Positions 1 through 13,094 of a stretch of 64,000 bases of DNA are shown here, one piece after another. A program made the translations under genes and the position numbers. The notes beneath the pieces are model-generated. The model was not told where the DNA came from. It made no database searches and was given only the letters and a program-made list of their open reading frames with translations. Source of the DNA: Squalus acanthias (lineage: Eukaryota); contig CM059431.1 in NCBI GenBank assembly GCA_030390025.1, positions 133,612,001 through 133,676,000 on the forward strand. Direction: 5' to 3'. Every line of letters begins with the position of its first letter. Position 1 is the first letter of the stretch.

Positions 1-85
1 CGTGCTGGACTTTGGGCACTGCTGCCGTGTGAAAAAATGCAGAGCTCTCTCACGTAGTTGTTGATTACCCATGGGGAAAATAATG

Positions 86-2007
86 CTAACTGTCGCCGTG
101 ACATCGGCCATCTCAATTTCTCTGCTCCCCTCTCTCACTCCAACCTACCTCCCTCTGAACTTGCAGCACTCCATTCTCTCCGATTCAACCCTGACATTGT
201 CATTAAACCTGCTGACAAGGGTGGTGCTGTTGTTGTTTGGCGAACCGACCTCTACCTAGCGGAAGTTGAACGCCAACTCTCCGACACCTCCTCCTACCTC
301 CACCTGGACCATGACCCCGCTACCGAACATCAAGCCACCGTTTCCAAGACTATCACTGACCTCATCTCCTCTGGAGATCTTCCCCCCATGGCCGCCAACC
401 TCATAGTTCCCCAACCCCGCACAGCCCGCTTCTACCTCCTTCCCAAGATCCACAAACAGGACTGCCCTGGTAGACCCATCGTTTCAGCCTGCTCTTGCCC
501 CACGGAACTTATCTCTTCCTATCTCGACTCTATTTTTTCTCCCCTTGTCCAGTCCCTTCCCACCTACATCCGCGATTCCTCTGATGCCCTCCGCCACTTT
601 AACAGTTTCCAGTTTCCTGGCCCCAACCGCCTCCTTTTCACCATGGACGTACAATCCCTCTACACCTCCATCCCCCACCAGGATGGCCTGAGGGCGCTCC
701 GCTTCTTCCTTGAGCAGAGGCCCAACCAGACCCCATCCACCACCACCCTCCTCCGCCTGGCTGAACTTGTTCTCACATTGAACAACTTCTCCTTTGACTC
801 CACTCATTTCCTCCAAATCAAAGGTGTTGCTATGGGTACCCGCATGGGTCCTAGCTATGCCTGCCTTTTCGTGGGATATGTGGAACACTCTTTGTTCCAG
901 TCCTACTCGGGTCCCCTCCCTCACCTCTTTTTCCGGTACATTGATGACTGTATCGGTGCCGTTTCCTGCTCTCGCCCCGAACTAGACAATTTCATTCACT
1001 TTGCCTCCAATTTCCACCCTTCCCTCACCTTCACATGGTCCATCTCCGACTCTTCCCTCCCCTTCCTCGACTTCTCCGTCTCCATCTCTGGGGATAGGTT
1101 ATTGACCAACATTCACTACAAGCCCACTGACTCCCACAGCTACCTGGACTACACTTCCTCCCACCCCGCCTCCTGTAAGGACTCTATTCCCTTCTCCCAG
1201 TTTCTCCGTCTCCGCCGCATCTGCTCCGACGATGCCACCTTCCATACCAGTGCTTCCGACATGTCTTCCTTTTTCCTCAACCGAGGATTCCCCTCTACCG
1301 TGGTCGACACGGCCCTCGACCGTGTCCGTTCCATCTCCCGCACTTCTGCCCTCGCCCCGGCCCCTCCCTCCCGGAACCACGATAGAGTTCCCCTTGTCCT
1401 CACCTTTCACCCCACCAGCCTCCACATTCAACGGATCATCCTCCGCCATTTCCGCCACCTCCAACGTGATCCCACCACCAAACGTATCTTCCCCTCACCT
1501 CCCCTTTCAGCATTCCGTAGGGACCGCTCCCTCCGAGACACCCTAGTCCACTCCTCTATCACCCCTAGCACCCCTTCCCCTTCACCCGGCACCTTCCCGT
1601 GCAAGCGCAGGAGATGCAACACCTGCCCTTATACATCCCCCCTTCCCACTCTCCAGGGCCCCAAACACCCCTTCCAGATGAAACAGCGATTTACTTGTAC
1701 TTCTTGCAATCTAGTATACTGTATTCGCTGCTCACGATGTGGTCTCCTCTACATTGGGGAGACGAAACGCAGATTGGGTGACTGCTTTGCAGAACACCTC
1801 CGTTCAGTCCGTAAGGGTGACCCCGAGCTTCCGGTCGCTTGTCATTTTAATTCACCCCTCCACGCCCACTCAGACCTCACCGTCCTCGGCCTCTTGCATT
1901 GTTCCACGGAAGCGCAGCGTAAGCTCGAGGAACAGCACCTCATCTTTCGTTTAGGCACTTTACAGCCTTCCGGACTCAATGTCGAGTTCAACAATTTCAG
2001 ATCATAA
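86..2007 (+). CDS. Penelope RT + Cys-rich linker + GIY-YIG endonuclease (5'-partial; ORF track 58..2007)
   Basis: Motifs IKPADKGG, YLLPKIHK, GRPIVS, TMDVQSLYTSI, GVAMGTRMGPSYA, FRYIDD, CKRRRCNTC, LVYCIRC..YIGET, LGTLQPSGLN. The first ~10 codons of the ORF come from flanking DNA. Confidence 0.92.
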
Positions 2008-2285
2008 CCCCGGCCCCTACCACATATGTATACATTTTATCCACTCTTTTGGTCCGTGCCTTTTTCCTTTTTTTTTCTCTCTCTCCCCCCACGGCAGCTG
2101 TCTCTCATTCTGCCAGCATTTCACACCTCACCTTTTGTTTCTTAACCTGTCCCATTACCATCTCGTCTTGCCTTGAGCATCTCTTAATGTCTCTACTTAC
2201 CATAGACCCCCCCCTTTTGTTCTTTTATTCCTCCCCCCAGCCTCCCCCTTGCATTTTTATCTGTTTAATTTCCTGCTCTGTTCTC

Positions 2286-2322
2286 AGTTCCGACGAAGGG
2301 TTTTGACCTGAAACGTTAACTC
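2286..2322 (+). ncRNA. Minimal hammerhead ribozyme motif of the Penelope 3' region (one core mismatch)
   Basis: CCGACGA (cf. CUGANGA), then stem II GGGT-TTTG-ACCT, GAAA and palindromic AACGTT, closed by AGT/ACT. Confidence 0.65.
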
Positions 2323-3451
2323 TGTTTCTCTCTCCACGGATTTTGCCTGGCCTGCTGAGTTTTTCCAGCGTTTTTTGTTGTTATTTCAGATTTCCAGCAT
2401 CCGCAGTACAGTATTTTGCTATCGGAAAATAATGAAGTTACTTGCTGTTCATGGCAGATTGGCTGATATTACTGATGTCCTCTGTGGCATCCTGGAATGA
2501 GCATGAGACAAAGAAGTTCAGTAATCTTGACAGCCACTGACAGTGGCATGGCATAGGTGGTGTTTGGCTACAGGTCAGATTATAGTGTATGGGGCTACTC
2601 TGTCGCAGTCTTTGTGGTGGATCTTAGTCTGCACATACACTGTTCCATTGGATAAATCCAGGTAAGTATACGTTTTTTTGTATGTCTGCTTTTGAGAGAA
2701 ACAGTGGGTAGGCGCAGTTCTCCTGTGGTGAAATCTCACCCTTTTCAGGCACTTAGTTGACTAAAAAAATGTAGAAAAAGACTTGGATGAAATGATACAT
2801 TGGACTGTTTCTTTAATTAACTATGTATTCCAAGACACAAGCAAGCAACTCTGGATACCCAACTTGTATGGACAAAGTTATGAAAGTCTATTTCCAGCAT
2901 AAATGATAGGGAGTAGTGCAATGATCAATATGACATCACCTCCTTCCCATTGTAATATTGAAATGAGGCTCCCCCACCTCTGGGCTTCTTATACAGCAGG
3001 TGGTTTATCAGAAAATCACATGTGCACTGTCAATAATTTTTCATCTGGAGGGAAAAATTGGGTAACACACTCACGATTTTCCGATAAACGATCTGCTGTG
3101 TGCAAAGCTTTACAGGGTGTATGTGGTCTTGGAAAATTTCCCCCACGGGCAGAGATCCAGCATTAGTGATTTCTGCCCATATTTCCTCTTCATTGCACCC
3201 TGACTATGCACATTTATGAATGTAACTGAACCAAAAATTATAGCTGCAGTCAGTTGATTGAAAGAAACCTGATAAATTAGTTTTAAATACACCAAGGGGT
3301 GATTTTAACTCCCCCACTGCCTAGCAAGAATGGAACTGTAGTAGAGTTAAAATCGCACCGCGGAACTGGTTGATTCCTGCCTACTGCCAACTTAACTGCG
3401 CAATTGTTTTAGGCGTCTGAGATGTCCATCTGAATGCTTTAGTATGTAAAA

Positions 3452-4345
3452 ATCATAGAATTATAGAAAATTACAGCACAGAAGGAGGCCATTCGGCCCA
3501 TTGTGTCTGTGCTGGTCGAAAAAGAGTTATCCAGCCTAATCCCACTTTCCAGCTCTTGGTCCGTAGCGCTGTAGGTTACGGCACTTCAAATGCATATCCA
3601 AGTACTTTTTAAATGCGATGAGGGTTTCTGCCTCTACTACGCTTTCAGGCAGTGAGTTCCAGACCCCTACCACCCTCTGGGTTAAAATGTTCTCAACTCC
3701 TCACTAATCCTTCTACCAATTACTTTAAATCTATGCCCCCTGGTTATTGACCTCTCTGCTAGGGGAAATAGGTGCTTCCTATCCACTCCATCTAGGCCCC
3801 TCATAATTTTATACACCTCAATTAAGTCTCCCCTCAGCCTCCTCCATTCCAAAGAAAACAACCCCAACCTATCCAATCTTTCCTCATAGCTAAAATTCTC
3901 CAGTCTGATCAACATCCTCGTAAATCTCCTCTGTACCCTCTCTAGTGCAATCACATCTTTCCTGTAATGTGGTGACCAGAACTGTATGCAGTATTCTAGT
4001 TGTGGCCTAACTAGTGTTTTATACAGTTCAAGCATAACTTCCCTGCTCTTATATTCTATACCTCAATAAAGGAAAGTATCCCGTATGCCTTCTTAACCAC
4101 CTTATCTACCTGTCCTGCTACCTTCAGGGATCTGTGCACATGCACTCCAAGGTCCCTCTGATCCTCTGCACTTCTCAGTGTCCTATCATTTATTGTGTAT
4201 TCCCTTTCCTTGTTAGCCCTCCCCAAATGCATTACCTCACACTTCTCCGGATTGAATTCCCCTTTACTGCCCACCTGTCCAGTCTATCGATATCTTCCTG
4301 CAGTCTACAACTTTTTTCCTCACTATCAACCACACAGCCAATTTT
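3452..4345 (-). mobile_element. CR1 LINE 3' fragment
   Basis: LYKTLVRPQLEYCIQFWSP and RRLRGDLIEVYK motifs; TTCTATGA-type tail near 3452. Confidence 0.9.
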
Positions 4346-4349
4346 TTTT

Positions 4350-4889
4350 TATATGACAGTTATGTCATTAGGACCCCGATGTGATTTTAATGTGCAAAAA
4401 CGGAAGTACATCATACAATTGCACAGACATGGAAAGCAGCTTTCTTTTGAAAGTTGGGCCCCTGAAGTCGCATCTCTATCCTCCTCAGCAGTGTGTTCTG
4501 CCATGCTTGCCCTCTGCTGAGCTGTCTCCTGGGCTGCCTTTCCATTACTCCATGCTCCTGCTCCTGCTGAATTCTTCACCAAGTGCTCAGGGCGCTGGGT
4601 GGAAGTGCTCTGGCCAGGTGTGATGCAGAGAAATGGAGATAGAAAGACCTGTATTCACCTTGCTGTTTTGGTCAGGTCATTGAACTATTTCTTGCACTGA
4701 ATCCAGGTCCTGGGCGTGATGCTCTGGGAGTTTACTATCTCTGCCACCTTTCTCTAAGCCTGCTTCAGATTTTGTTTTGGCACCGACCTGCCATCAGCTG
4801 GGAAGAGCGCTTCCAACATGCCATATTGGAGGTCTAGGAGACCGCGTAGCGCCTGAAAAAAGGTTACTGTGCGGCTGAATTTCTAGGCC
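4350..4889 (-). mobile_element. Deleted Harbinger derivative retaining the end of Myb exon 1
   Basis: Minus strand reads SITPRTWIQCKK*FNDLTKTAR then GTGAAT donor; terminal GAATTTCTAGGCC resembles other Harbinger ends in the window. Confidence 0.55.
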
Positions 4890-5216
4890 ATTGACTTCTT
4901 CCAAATCCTTGATACATCAAATTATTGCAACACAGTCTAGCTGCATGATGCATGATCTTTTACTGTTGCCCAGGATGGGCTGTAGGTTGGACACATGTCT
5001 GTCACTATATCAGATAAATTACCTAATTTTCACTCCCAGAAGGAACCTTCACCTGCCAGAAGTGCCTATCAGAAACTTGGGTACGCACTGCACACAATTT
5101 TCTGACTATTCATATGTGCTTCTTTGACTTTCCTTTCAAGATGACGTTATAGTGACAGATATGGGGCCAACCTGCCACCCATTCTGAATACAAGTAAGTA
5201 GCCATATCGTCTGCAG

Positions 5217-5680
5217 ATTGTCACACAATGCAAGGGAACAGACCCAAACTGGAGAAGTGCTCAGATATCACAAGCCCTTGATTCTCTTGGGGAGTCCACC
5301 TTATGCATGTTTGCATACAAGAGCATGGAGACAACAGGGGAAATGGAAGCCACAGGCCACCCCTAAACTCAGGGCTAGTTCCATCTTCTTCTGCCTTGTC
5401 CTCTTCACACTCACTGGCACACAGGTATGTACAAAAACATCACAAGCAGTATAATTCAAATCAAGCTCTGTTTCAACGTATCTCTTGCAGCCAACATTCT
5501 AACATTTGTTCTCTTTCTGTCATTTTAGGTCTGGAAGAGCAGCCTGTCAGCACTGCCCAGGACAAGATTTCACCACACAACTCGTCAACATTTGCAAATT
5601 GGAGCACAGTTACATATATCACAGAGGATACAGTTAGTGAACTTGAGGAGGTAGCATCAGCTGAGTCACAATTCACAATG
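5217..5680 (+). pseudogene. Probable old Harbinger Myb/SANT exon 2-3 remnants
   Basis: LSHNAREQTQTGEV after a CAG acceptor resembles exon 2 (KIAHNRCQQDLTRGG); a second acceptor TTTTAG lies near 5528. Confidence 0.35.
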
Positions 5681-5920
5681 AACAACAACAATAATACAAC
5701 GTGCATTTATGTAGTACCTTTCACGTAGAAAAAAATCAGACAAAAGTGGACAGCGAGACAATGAAAGAGATATTAATGTGACTAAAATTTTGGTCAAAGG
5801 GATGGCTTTATATAAGGACCTTAAAGGAGAAGAGAAAGATGGAGAAGCAGAAGGGGTTTAGGGAGAGAATTGCAAAGCATGGGGCCTAGAATCCTGAAGC
5901 CATAGCTGCCAATTGTGGGG
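5681..5920 (-). mobile_element. L2-type LINE 3' end
   Basis: Minus-strand end TGAAAGGTACTACATAAATGCACGTTG plus (TTG)n, the same tail type as the SINE at 6079. Confidence 0.6.
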
Positions 5921-7627
5921 CAAAGGGAGGGGTGTATGAGGCCATACATCACCAGATCAGGCTGGACCACAACAAGCACTATTGGGCTTCACCTTCCTCT
6001 GCCAAAACCACCCACTACTTCATGGCTGTCCTGGAGAGCAAAGAAAATCTCTGGCTTCTTTTCGCCACTATCAATAATGAAAGAAAGACTAGCATTTATA
6101 TAGCGCCTTTCACGACCACTGGACATCTCAAAGCGCTTTACAGCCAATTAAGTCTTGTTGGAGTGTAGTTACTGTTGTAATGTGGGAAATGCGGCAGCCA
6201 ATTTGTGCTCAGCAAGCTCCCACAAATAGCAATGTAATAATGACCAGATAAACTGTTTTTGTTATGTTGATTGAGGGATAAATATTGGCCAGGACACCGG
6301 GGATAACTCCCCTGCTCTTCTTCGAAATAGTGCCATGGGATCTTTTATATCCACCTGAGAGAGCAGACGGGGCCTCGGTTTAACGTCTCATCTGAAAGAC
6401 GGCACCTCCGACAGTGCAGCACTCCCTCAGCACTGCACTGGAGTGTCAGCCTAGATTTATGTGTTCAATTCCCTGGAGTGGGACTTAGAACCCACAACCT
6501 TCTGACTCAGAGGCGAGTGTGCTACCAACTGAGCACAGCTGACACTTATCTCCTTAAACCTCTCTCCCTGCCTCCTCCACCAAGTGTGAAGATCTCATGG
6601 ACTTTTTTGTCATTAAGTTTGACACCATCCATTCAGTTACCTCTGCTGCGTTCCCCCTTTCCCTTGCCCACCAAACTAAACCCCCTCCAAGTTCCCTCCT
6701 GTTCTAGCCCTGAACCCACATCTCGTTCTAGTTTATCTACTGTCTCCCCTCATGCCCTCTCCGAGCTCATCTTATCCAGGAAATCGACCTCTTGCTCCCT
6801 TGACCTCATTCTTGCAAAACTGCTGACGACCCAATTTCCATTCCTGGCCCCATGCTAGCTAACATTGCAAGTGGTTCCCTTTCCTCAGGTACTGCCCCCT
6901 TCCTTTCAAAACCACGGTCATTATCCTCAAAAAACCTAATGTTCAAACTATTGTATCATTGTAAACTACCACCCCATATCCAATCTCCCCCTCCTCTCTA
7001 AAGTCCTTGAACATCCAAATCCATTCCTATCTTTTGCGCAGCTCCTTTTATTAATCTTTCCAATCAGGTTCCGCCCTGCCACAGCAGCAAAATGGCCCTA
7101 ACAAAAGACTCAAATTACATTCTCTAGTGCATTATCTCTTCTTATTCTCCTCAACCTATCTACAGCCTTTGACATGGTTGACCACCCAATGCCTCTTCCC
7201 TATTGTTCAGCTCAGTAGGACTGCCCTCGATTGGTTCCACTCTTACCTATCAGCTTGTAGGCAAAGCATCTTCAGCAATGGCTTCTCTGCCATAGCCCAC
7301 GCTGTTAGTTCCAGAGTTCCCCAAGCAGCTATCCTTGGCTCCCACCTCTTCCTCATCATTCTATCCCTTGGTGGCATCATCTGCAGACATGGAGTCAGCT
7401 TCCATATTTACACTGTTAACACGCAGCTCTGCTTCTCCATCACCTCTCTCTACTGCATTTGTATTGTCAGATTGTTTATCTGACACCCAGTCTTGGATGA
7501 GCTGTATTATCCTCCAGCTAAACCTCAGCCCCCCGTCATAACTCCATATCCTTGCCATCGATTCCATTCCCCTCCTCGGCCACTTTCTCAGGCTGAACCA
7601 GACTATTTTCAACCTTGGCATTCTATT
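5921..7627 (+). mobile_element. Degenerate L2 LINE ORF2, interrupted by a SINE
   Basis: C/T-rich sense strand with NYHPISNL, LSTAFDMVDH and VPQ..ILG-like segments; colinear with L2 copies at 9.2 and 21-23 kb. Confidence 0.75.
6079..6545 (-). mobile_element. tRNA-derived DeuSINE (SacSINE1-like), full length
   Basis: Head GCTCAGTTGGTAGCAC..GGGTTCTAAGTCCC; Deu-domain-like core GGAGGTGCCGTCTTTCAGATGAGACGTTAAACCGAGG..GATCCCATGGCACT; L2-like tail GGCGCTATATAAATGC. Confidence 0.85.
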
Positions 7628-8905
7628 TCATAGAACCATGCAATCATACAGCACAGAAGGAGGCCATTCAGCCCATCGTGCTTCTTTGAAAGAGCTACCC
7701 AATTAGTCCCACACCCTGCTCTTTGCCCATAGCCCAGCAAATCTTTCCTTTTCAAGTATATATCCAATTCCCTTTTCAAAGTTACTTTCAGGCAGTGCAT
7801 TCCAGATCATAACAACTTGCTACGCAAATCAATTTCTCCTCATCTGCCCTCTGGTTCTTTGGCCAATTATCTTAAATCTGTGGGCTGGATTTTGCCAGCC
7901 CTGGGGAGGCGGGTTTGGAGGCGGGACTGCTGGGAAAATGGCAGAATTTGGGGGCGGGTGCCCAACCCGCCCCCATCCTGCCTCCGTGCCATCTTGCCAG
8001 GAGGCGGGAAGCCGTCCCGCGCCGGGTCCCGTCTCCTTGGAGCCGGGAAGGGATTACAGCCACTTTACTGCCTGTTAACAGATAGTTAACAGGCAGATAA
8101 GAGGACTAGCCCCATTTTGCCCACACAAGTGCGGGCTTCCCGAAGGCTCCGAAACCCACCAGGGTCACCGAGGCGAGTAGTGGGTCTGCGGGGGTCGGAG
8201 GGGTGTAAAAGTGTGCTGTGAAGGTGAGTGATGGGTGCAAGTGTGGAGAGGTGAGTATCTGAGGTAAGTGGAAAGTGTTAGAAAAAGTGTACTTACCTTT
8301 GTTTCTTCCTGCAGGCTTCAATCATTGGGTATGCGGAGAGTCTCGCATCTCCGCGGCAGAGATGACAGATGGCCGTTGCATTCTCCAATGCAACAACCAT
8401 CTAATTTCTGCAAAAGAAAGAGGTTTGATGAGGTCTTGAATTCAAGAACTCATCAAACTACAGAGAATGTTAGTGTTTGACAGCTTCACAGAGCTGTCAA
8501 ACGATGACAAATCATCTGTCAAAAATGTTTGACAGATGAAACGTCATACGTTGACGTTTTCTGTAACCTGGCTTTCCCTTAATTGGCCTGCTGAGCCCGC
8601 TGGGCGGGCTTAACAGGGTCAATCAAGGGAAAATAGCGTGGGTTGGCCAGAAGTTGATGGAGGCGGGACTGAAACCTGACAAGTGGGAGTCCCGCCTCCA
8701 AAAGCTCCCCATTGGCAAAATCCAGCCCTACGTCTGTTTACCAACCCTCCTACCAGTGGAAACAGTTTCTCCTTATTTACCCTATCAAAATACTTCATAC
8801 TTTTGAACAGCTCTATTAAATCTTCCCTTAATCTTCTCTGCTCTAGGGAGAACAATCCCAGCCTCTGTAGTCTCTCCATATAACTGATGTCACTTATCCT
8901 CAGTA
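7628..8905 (-). mobile_element. CR1 3' fragment split by a MITE
   Basis: LGLFSLEQRRLREDLIELFK; CR1-type 3' UTR at 7628-7760. Confidence 0.8.
7882..8728. mobile_element. Harbinger-type MITE
   Basis: Perfect 16-bp TIR GGGCTGGATTTTGCCA; no ORF; CR1 flanks rejoin. Confidence 0.8.
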
Positions 8906-10049
8906 TATTTGACCTGGAGATGAGCTTCTGATCCTATATTCTCTCCATCACAAAGACCTAATTTCACATTTGTAATATTACCTGCCTCCACCCCTACCTC
9001 AGCCTATCTTCTGCTGAAACTCTCATCCTTGCTTTTGTCATCACCAGACTTGATTATTCCAATGCTCTCCTGGCTGCGCTGCCATCCTCCACCCTCCACA
9101 AACTACAGCTACTCCAAAACTTTGCGGCCTGTATCCTATCCTCCACCAATTTCTGCTCACTCATCACCCCTACTGGTTGACCTGCATTAGTTCCCGAAGA
9201 GCTCTGGACTTCTTCGTCACTAATATTGAGACCATCCATTCAGCGGCCTCTGCTGCTTCCCTCCCTTCCCTTAGCCCACCAAGCCAAACTTGCCCTAAGG
9301 TTCCCCCTGCCCTAACCCTGAACGCGCACCTTTCTCTAATTTCTCTTCTATCTCACTTCATGCTCTTTCCAAGCTCAACTTGTCCAGAAGATCCATTTCC
9401 TGCTCCCTCGACATTTATTCCCACCAACGTGTTGACCACACAACTTCTCTCTCGTCAGGTACTGTCCCCCTCCCCTTCAAATCTGCTGTCATCACCCCTC
9501 TCCTCAAGAACCCACTCTTGAGCCCTCTATCCTTGCAAACTACCGCCCCATCTCCAACATCATTTTCCTCTCCAAAGTCCTTGAATGTGTTGACACCTCC
9601 CAAATCCCCATCTTTCCCACAACTCCATGTTTGAACCACTCCAATCAGGTTTCCACCCCTGCCGCAGCACTGAAACGTCTCTCATCAAAGCCACAAATGA
9701 CATCCTATGTGACTGTGACGGTTGTAAACTATCTCTCCTCATCCTTCTCGACCTGCCTGCAGCCTTTGACAAGGTTGACCGCTCCATCCTCCTCTAACGC
9801 CTTTACTCCATCATCCAGCTGGGTGGGACTGCCCTCGCCTGGTTCCATTCTTATCTATCCAGTCGTAGCCAGAGAATCACCTGTAATGGCTTCTCTTCCC
9901 ACTCCCACACCGTTACCATTGGAGACCTCCCCAAGAATCTATCCTTGACCCCTCCTATTTCTCATCTACATACTGCCCCTTGGTGACATCATTCGAAAGC
10001 ACATCAGGTTCCACATGTATGCTGATGACACCCAGCTCTACCTCACCAC
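8906..10049 (+). mobile_element. L2 LINE fragments
   Basis: Segments [29 protein letters not shown] and [11 protein letters not shown]. Confidence 0.8.
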
Positions 10050-10223
10050 CATTGTACCCGCTAAGCTGTGCGTGTGCGTGGCTGCACAGTAATCTGCAAC
10101 GTCCTGCGCATGCTGCTCACAAACTTTTACATTGGAAATACCGCGCATGCAAAGAAATTTAAAGGGACTGCGCGTTGAAAGAAACAGGCCGCGCAGAACA
10201 AAACGCAGCTTCCAGGGAACATT
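10050..10223. mobile_element. hAT-like MITE, copy 1
   Basis: Ends CATTGTACCCGCTAAGCTG and CAGCTTCCAGGGAACATT; homologous to 22825-22993. Confidence 0.75.
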
Positions 10224-10277
10224 TTTTTCCCTACTTTTCCTTTCTGTCTCTCTTTTCTCTCTCTCTTAATCCAATCT

Positions 10278-12672
10278 TAAAGAACAAATATTTTGTATCT
10301 TTGTTCACAGTAGAAGACACTAAAAACATCCCTGTAATAGTCGAAAATCAAGGGGCAAAAGGGAGGAAGGAACTTAAAACAATCACTATTACTAGAGAAA
10401 AAGTGCGAGGCAAACTTAGGGGTCTAAAGGCTGACAAGTCCCCTGGACCTGATGGCTTGCATCCTAGGGTCTTAAAAGAAGTGGCTACAGAGATAGTGGA
10501 TGCATTGGTTGTAATCTTCCAAAATTCCCTTGACTCTGGAAAAGTCCCAGCGGGTTGGAAAACTGCAAATGTAACACCCTTATTCAAAAAAGGAGGGAGA
10601 CAGAAAGCAGGAAACTATAGGCCAGTTAGCCTAACATCTGTCATTAGCAAAATGCTCAAATCCATTATTAAGGAAGTAGCAGCAGGGCATTTAGAATATC
10701 ATAATACAATCAAACAGAGTCAACATGGTTTTATGAAAGGGAAATCGTGTTTGACAAATCTATTAGAGTTCTTTGAGGAGGTAAAGAGCAGGGTGGATAA
10801 AGGGGAACCAGTAGATGTAGTGTATTTGGATTTCCAAAAGGCATTTGACAAGGTGCCACATAAAAGGTTACTGCATAAGATAAGAGCTCATGGTGTTGGG
10901 GGTAATATATTAGAGGGGGTAATATATTAGAGGTTTGGCTAACTAACAGAAAACAGAGAGTCGGGCTAAATGGCAATCTGTAACTAGTGGGGTGCCACAG
11001 GGATCAGTGGATGAAGGAAGCGACTGCATTGTAGCCAAATTTGCGGATGATACAAAGATAGGTGGGAAAGCAAGTTGTGAGGAGGACATAAAGGGGGAAA
11101 ATTCGGTTGATTTGCGACTCCCGTTAGCGCCCTAGGTGCAAAGTAACTAGTGCCTGAGCGCGGCGCCACCAACGCCTCCCGCGAAAATCAGTGGGAGGTT
11201 AGCACCCTGCGGCGCTGCGCCGCTGGTGATGACGTTATCGCCGTGCACAGCGCCCCGCTTGCGCCCCGGCCGCGATCTTTGGTAGCGCTTCCTGACTTAT
11301 CGTCGGACGCTAACTTCCTAGACAGGGTCAGGGGGGCCTAACTGCGGCCAGGGCGGCGCAAATTAAAGGGGAGGTGCCGGGCGGCCATTTTTGTTGCTGG
11401 CCGCCTGCCAGCACCTGCCCTCGTTGCTGTCCCCGGCCTTCTGTGCCAGCTGCGCTCCGTGAGCCCGGCTCTTCTCTTGAGTGCCGGGCTCTTTTGCTGG
11501 TACTCCGATCCCTGGTGGCCCAGCTGGGCCCCTAGTCGCGCTGCGCTAGGCCCCTGCTCTTTAATAAGGGGAGGAAGGCCTGCAGTACCGCAGAGCGTGC
11601 GGCACGTAGCACCGTGGTATTCACTCGCAGCGCCCCAAGAGGGAGGCCGGGCGCTTCAAGTAGTGCCCCGCCTCCCTCTTGGGGCGCTACCAGTGAATTT
11701 CAGGCGTGGAGGCGCTAATTTTTTCAGTGCGCTAAAAGTACCGCCCTGGCGAAGTTAGTACCCCAAAGGGGCCGTGACCCAATTTTTCCCCAAAAAGAGT
11801 CTGCAAAGGGATATAGATAGGTTAAGTGAGTGGGCAAGAATTTGGCAGATGGAGTATAATGTGGGAAAATGTGAAGTAGGAAGAATAGAAAAGAAAAATA
11901 TGATTTAAATGGAGAAAGACTACAGAATATGGCAACACAGAGGGATTTGGGTGTCCTCGTACATGAAACACAAAAAGTTAACATGCAGGTGCAGCAAGTA
12001 ATTAGGAAGGCAAATGGAATGTTGGCCTTTATTTCGAGATTATTTCGGGAATGGAGTATAAAAGTAGGGAAGTCTTGCTACAACTGTACAGGGCACTGGT
12101 GAGACCACACCTAGAATACTGCGTACAGTTTTGGTCTCCTTATTTAAGGAGGGATATACTTGCATTGGAGGCTGTTCAGAGAAGGTTCACTAGGTTGATT
12201 CCTGGGATGGAAGCGTCTTCTGAGGAAAGGTTGAGCAGGTTGGGCCTATACTCATTGGGATTTTGAAGAATGAGAGGTGATCTTATTGAAACATATAAGA
12301 TTCTGAGGGGGTTGGACAGGGTGGATGCTGAGAGGATGTTTCCCCTCGTGGGGGAATCTAGAACGAGGGGGCATAGTCTCAGAATAAGGGGTCGCCCATT
12401 TAAGACGGAGATGAGGAGGAATTTCTTCTCTTAGAGGGCTGTGAATCTTTGGAATTCATTAGCCCAGAGAACTGTGGAAGCTGAGTCACTGAATATATTC
12501 AAGGCTGAGATAGACAGATTTTTGAGCAACAGGTGAGTCAAGGGTTATGGGGAGTGGGCAGGAAAGTGGAGTTGAGGCCAAAATCGGATCAGCCACGATT
12601 TCATTAAATGGCGGAGCAGGTTCGAGGGGCCGAATGGCCTACTCCTGCTCCTATTTCCTATGTTCTTGTGTT
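10278..12672 (+). mobile_element. 5'-truncated CR1 LINE (RT region to tail) with nested MITE
   Basis: [47 protein letters not shown]; sits inside another repeat (10224-10277 and 12673-12960) that resembles 63158-63715. Confidence 0.92.
11093..11791. mobile_element. GC-rich Harbinger-type MITE
   Basis: Imperfect TIR GGGGGAAAATTCGGT / ACCCAATTTTTCCCC; the CR1 sequence GACATAAAGAGTCTGC rejoins across it. Confidence 0.75.
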
Positions 12673-12960
12673 CTTTCTTTCCCTCTCTTTGTACCTGATT
12701 TGTCATTGAATCACCCATTCTAATTCACCCTGCTTTCCAGTCTTTCCTCTGTTTTTTTTCCCAATCCTTAAATCTCATTGGTTAAGGAGATACTATGTTG
12801 GTTGCCCTGTTGACTCAGGTCCCAGTTGCCCTGTTTCCTTCACTATGCCGATATCAGCTTGCATTTTCAGCAACATTGTGGGCAAAAACTTTTTGAGCTG
12901 AAGAATGCTAACAAATGAACAGCATACACGGTGAGATGCCCTGCTACAGCAAATTCAGCA

Positions 12961-13077
12961 CTCTTCCGTACTGCACTGATGTGTCAGCTTAGATTAAGTT
13001 CTGTAGTCCTGCAATGGGGCTTGGACCCATGACCTATTGACTCAGATTTGGGAGTGCTACCACTGAGCCAAGCTGAT
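12961..13077 (-). mobile_element. DeuSINE tRNA-head fragment
   Basis: Similar to 6420-6545. Confidence 0.7.
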
Positions 13078-13094
13078 GTTAAAAACGACAGTTT

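Larger units (their letters stand above)
86..2423 (+). mobile_element. Penelope-like retroelement, 5'-truncated
   Basis: 11-bp direct repeat GGAAAATAATG at 75-85 and 2424-2434; RT plus GIY-YIG ORF; pyrimidine-rich 3' region ending in a hammerhead-like motif. Confidence 0.93.
1..2730 (-). pseudogene. Decayed PIF/Harbinger transposase fragment (1-85 and 2424-2730), split by the Penelope insertion
   Basis: Minus-strand translation gives PLSVAVKIT..LNFFVSCSFQDATEDISNISQSA and IIFPMGNQQLRERALHF, matching the [21 protein letters not shown] segment of the transposase at 59416. Confidence 0.65.
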
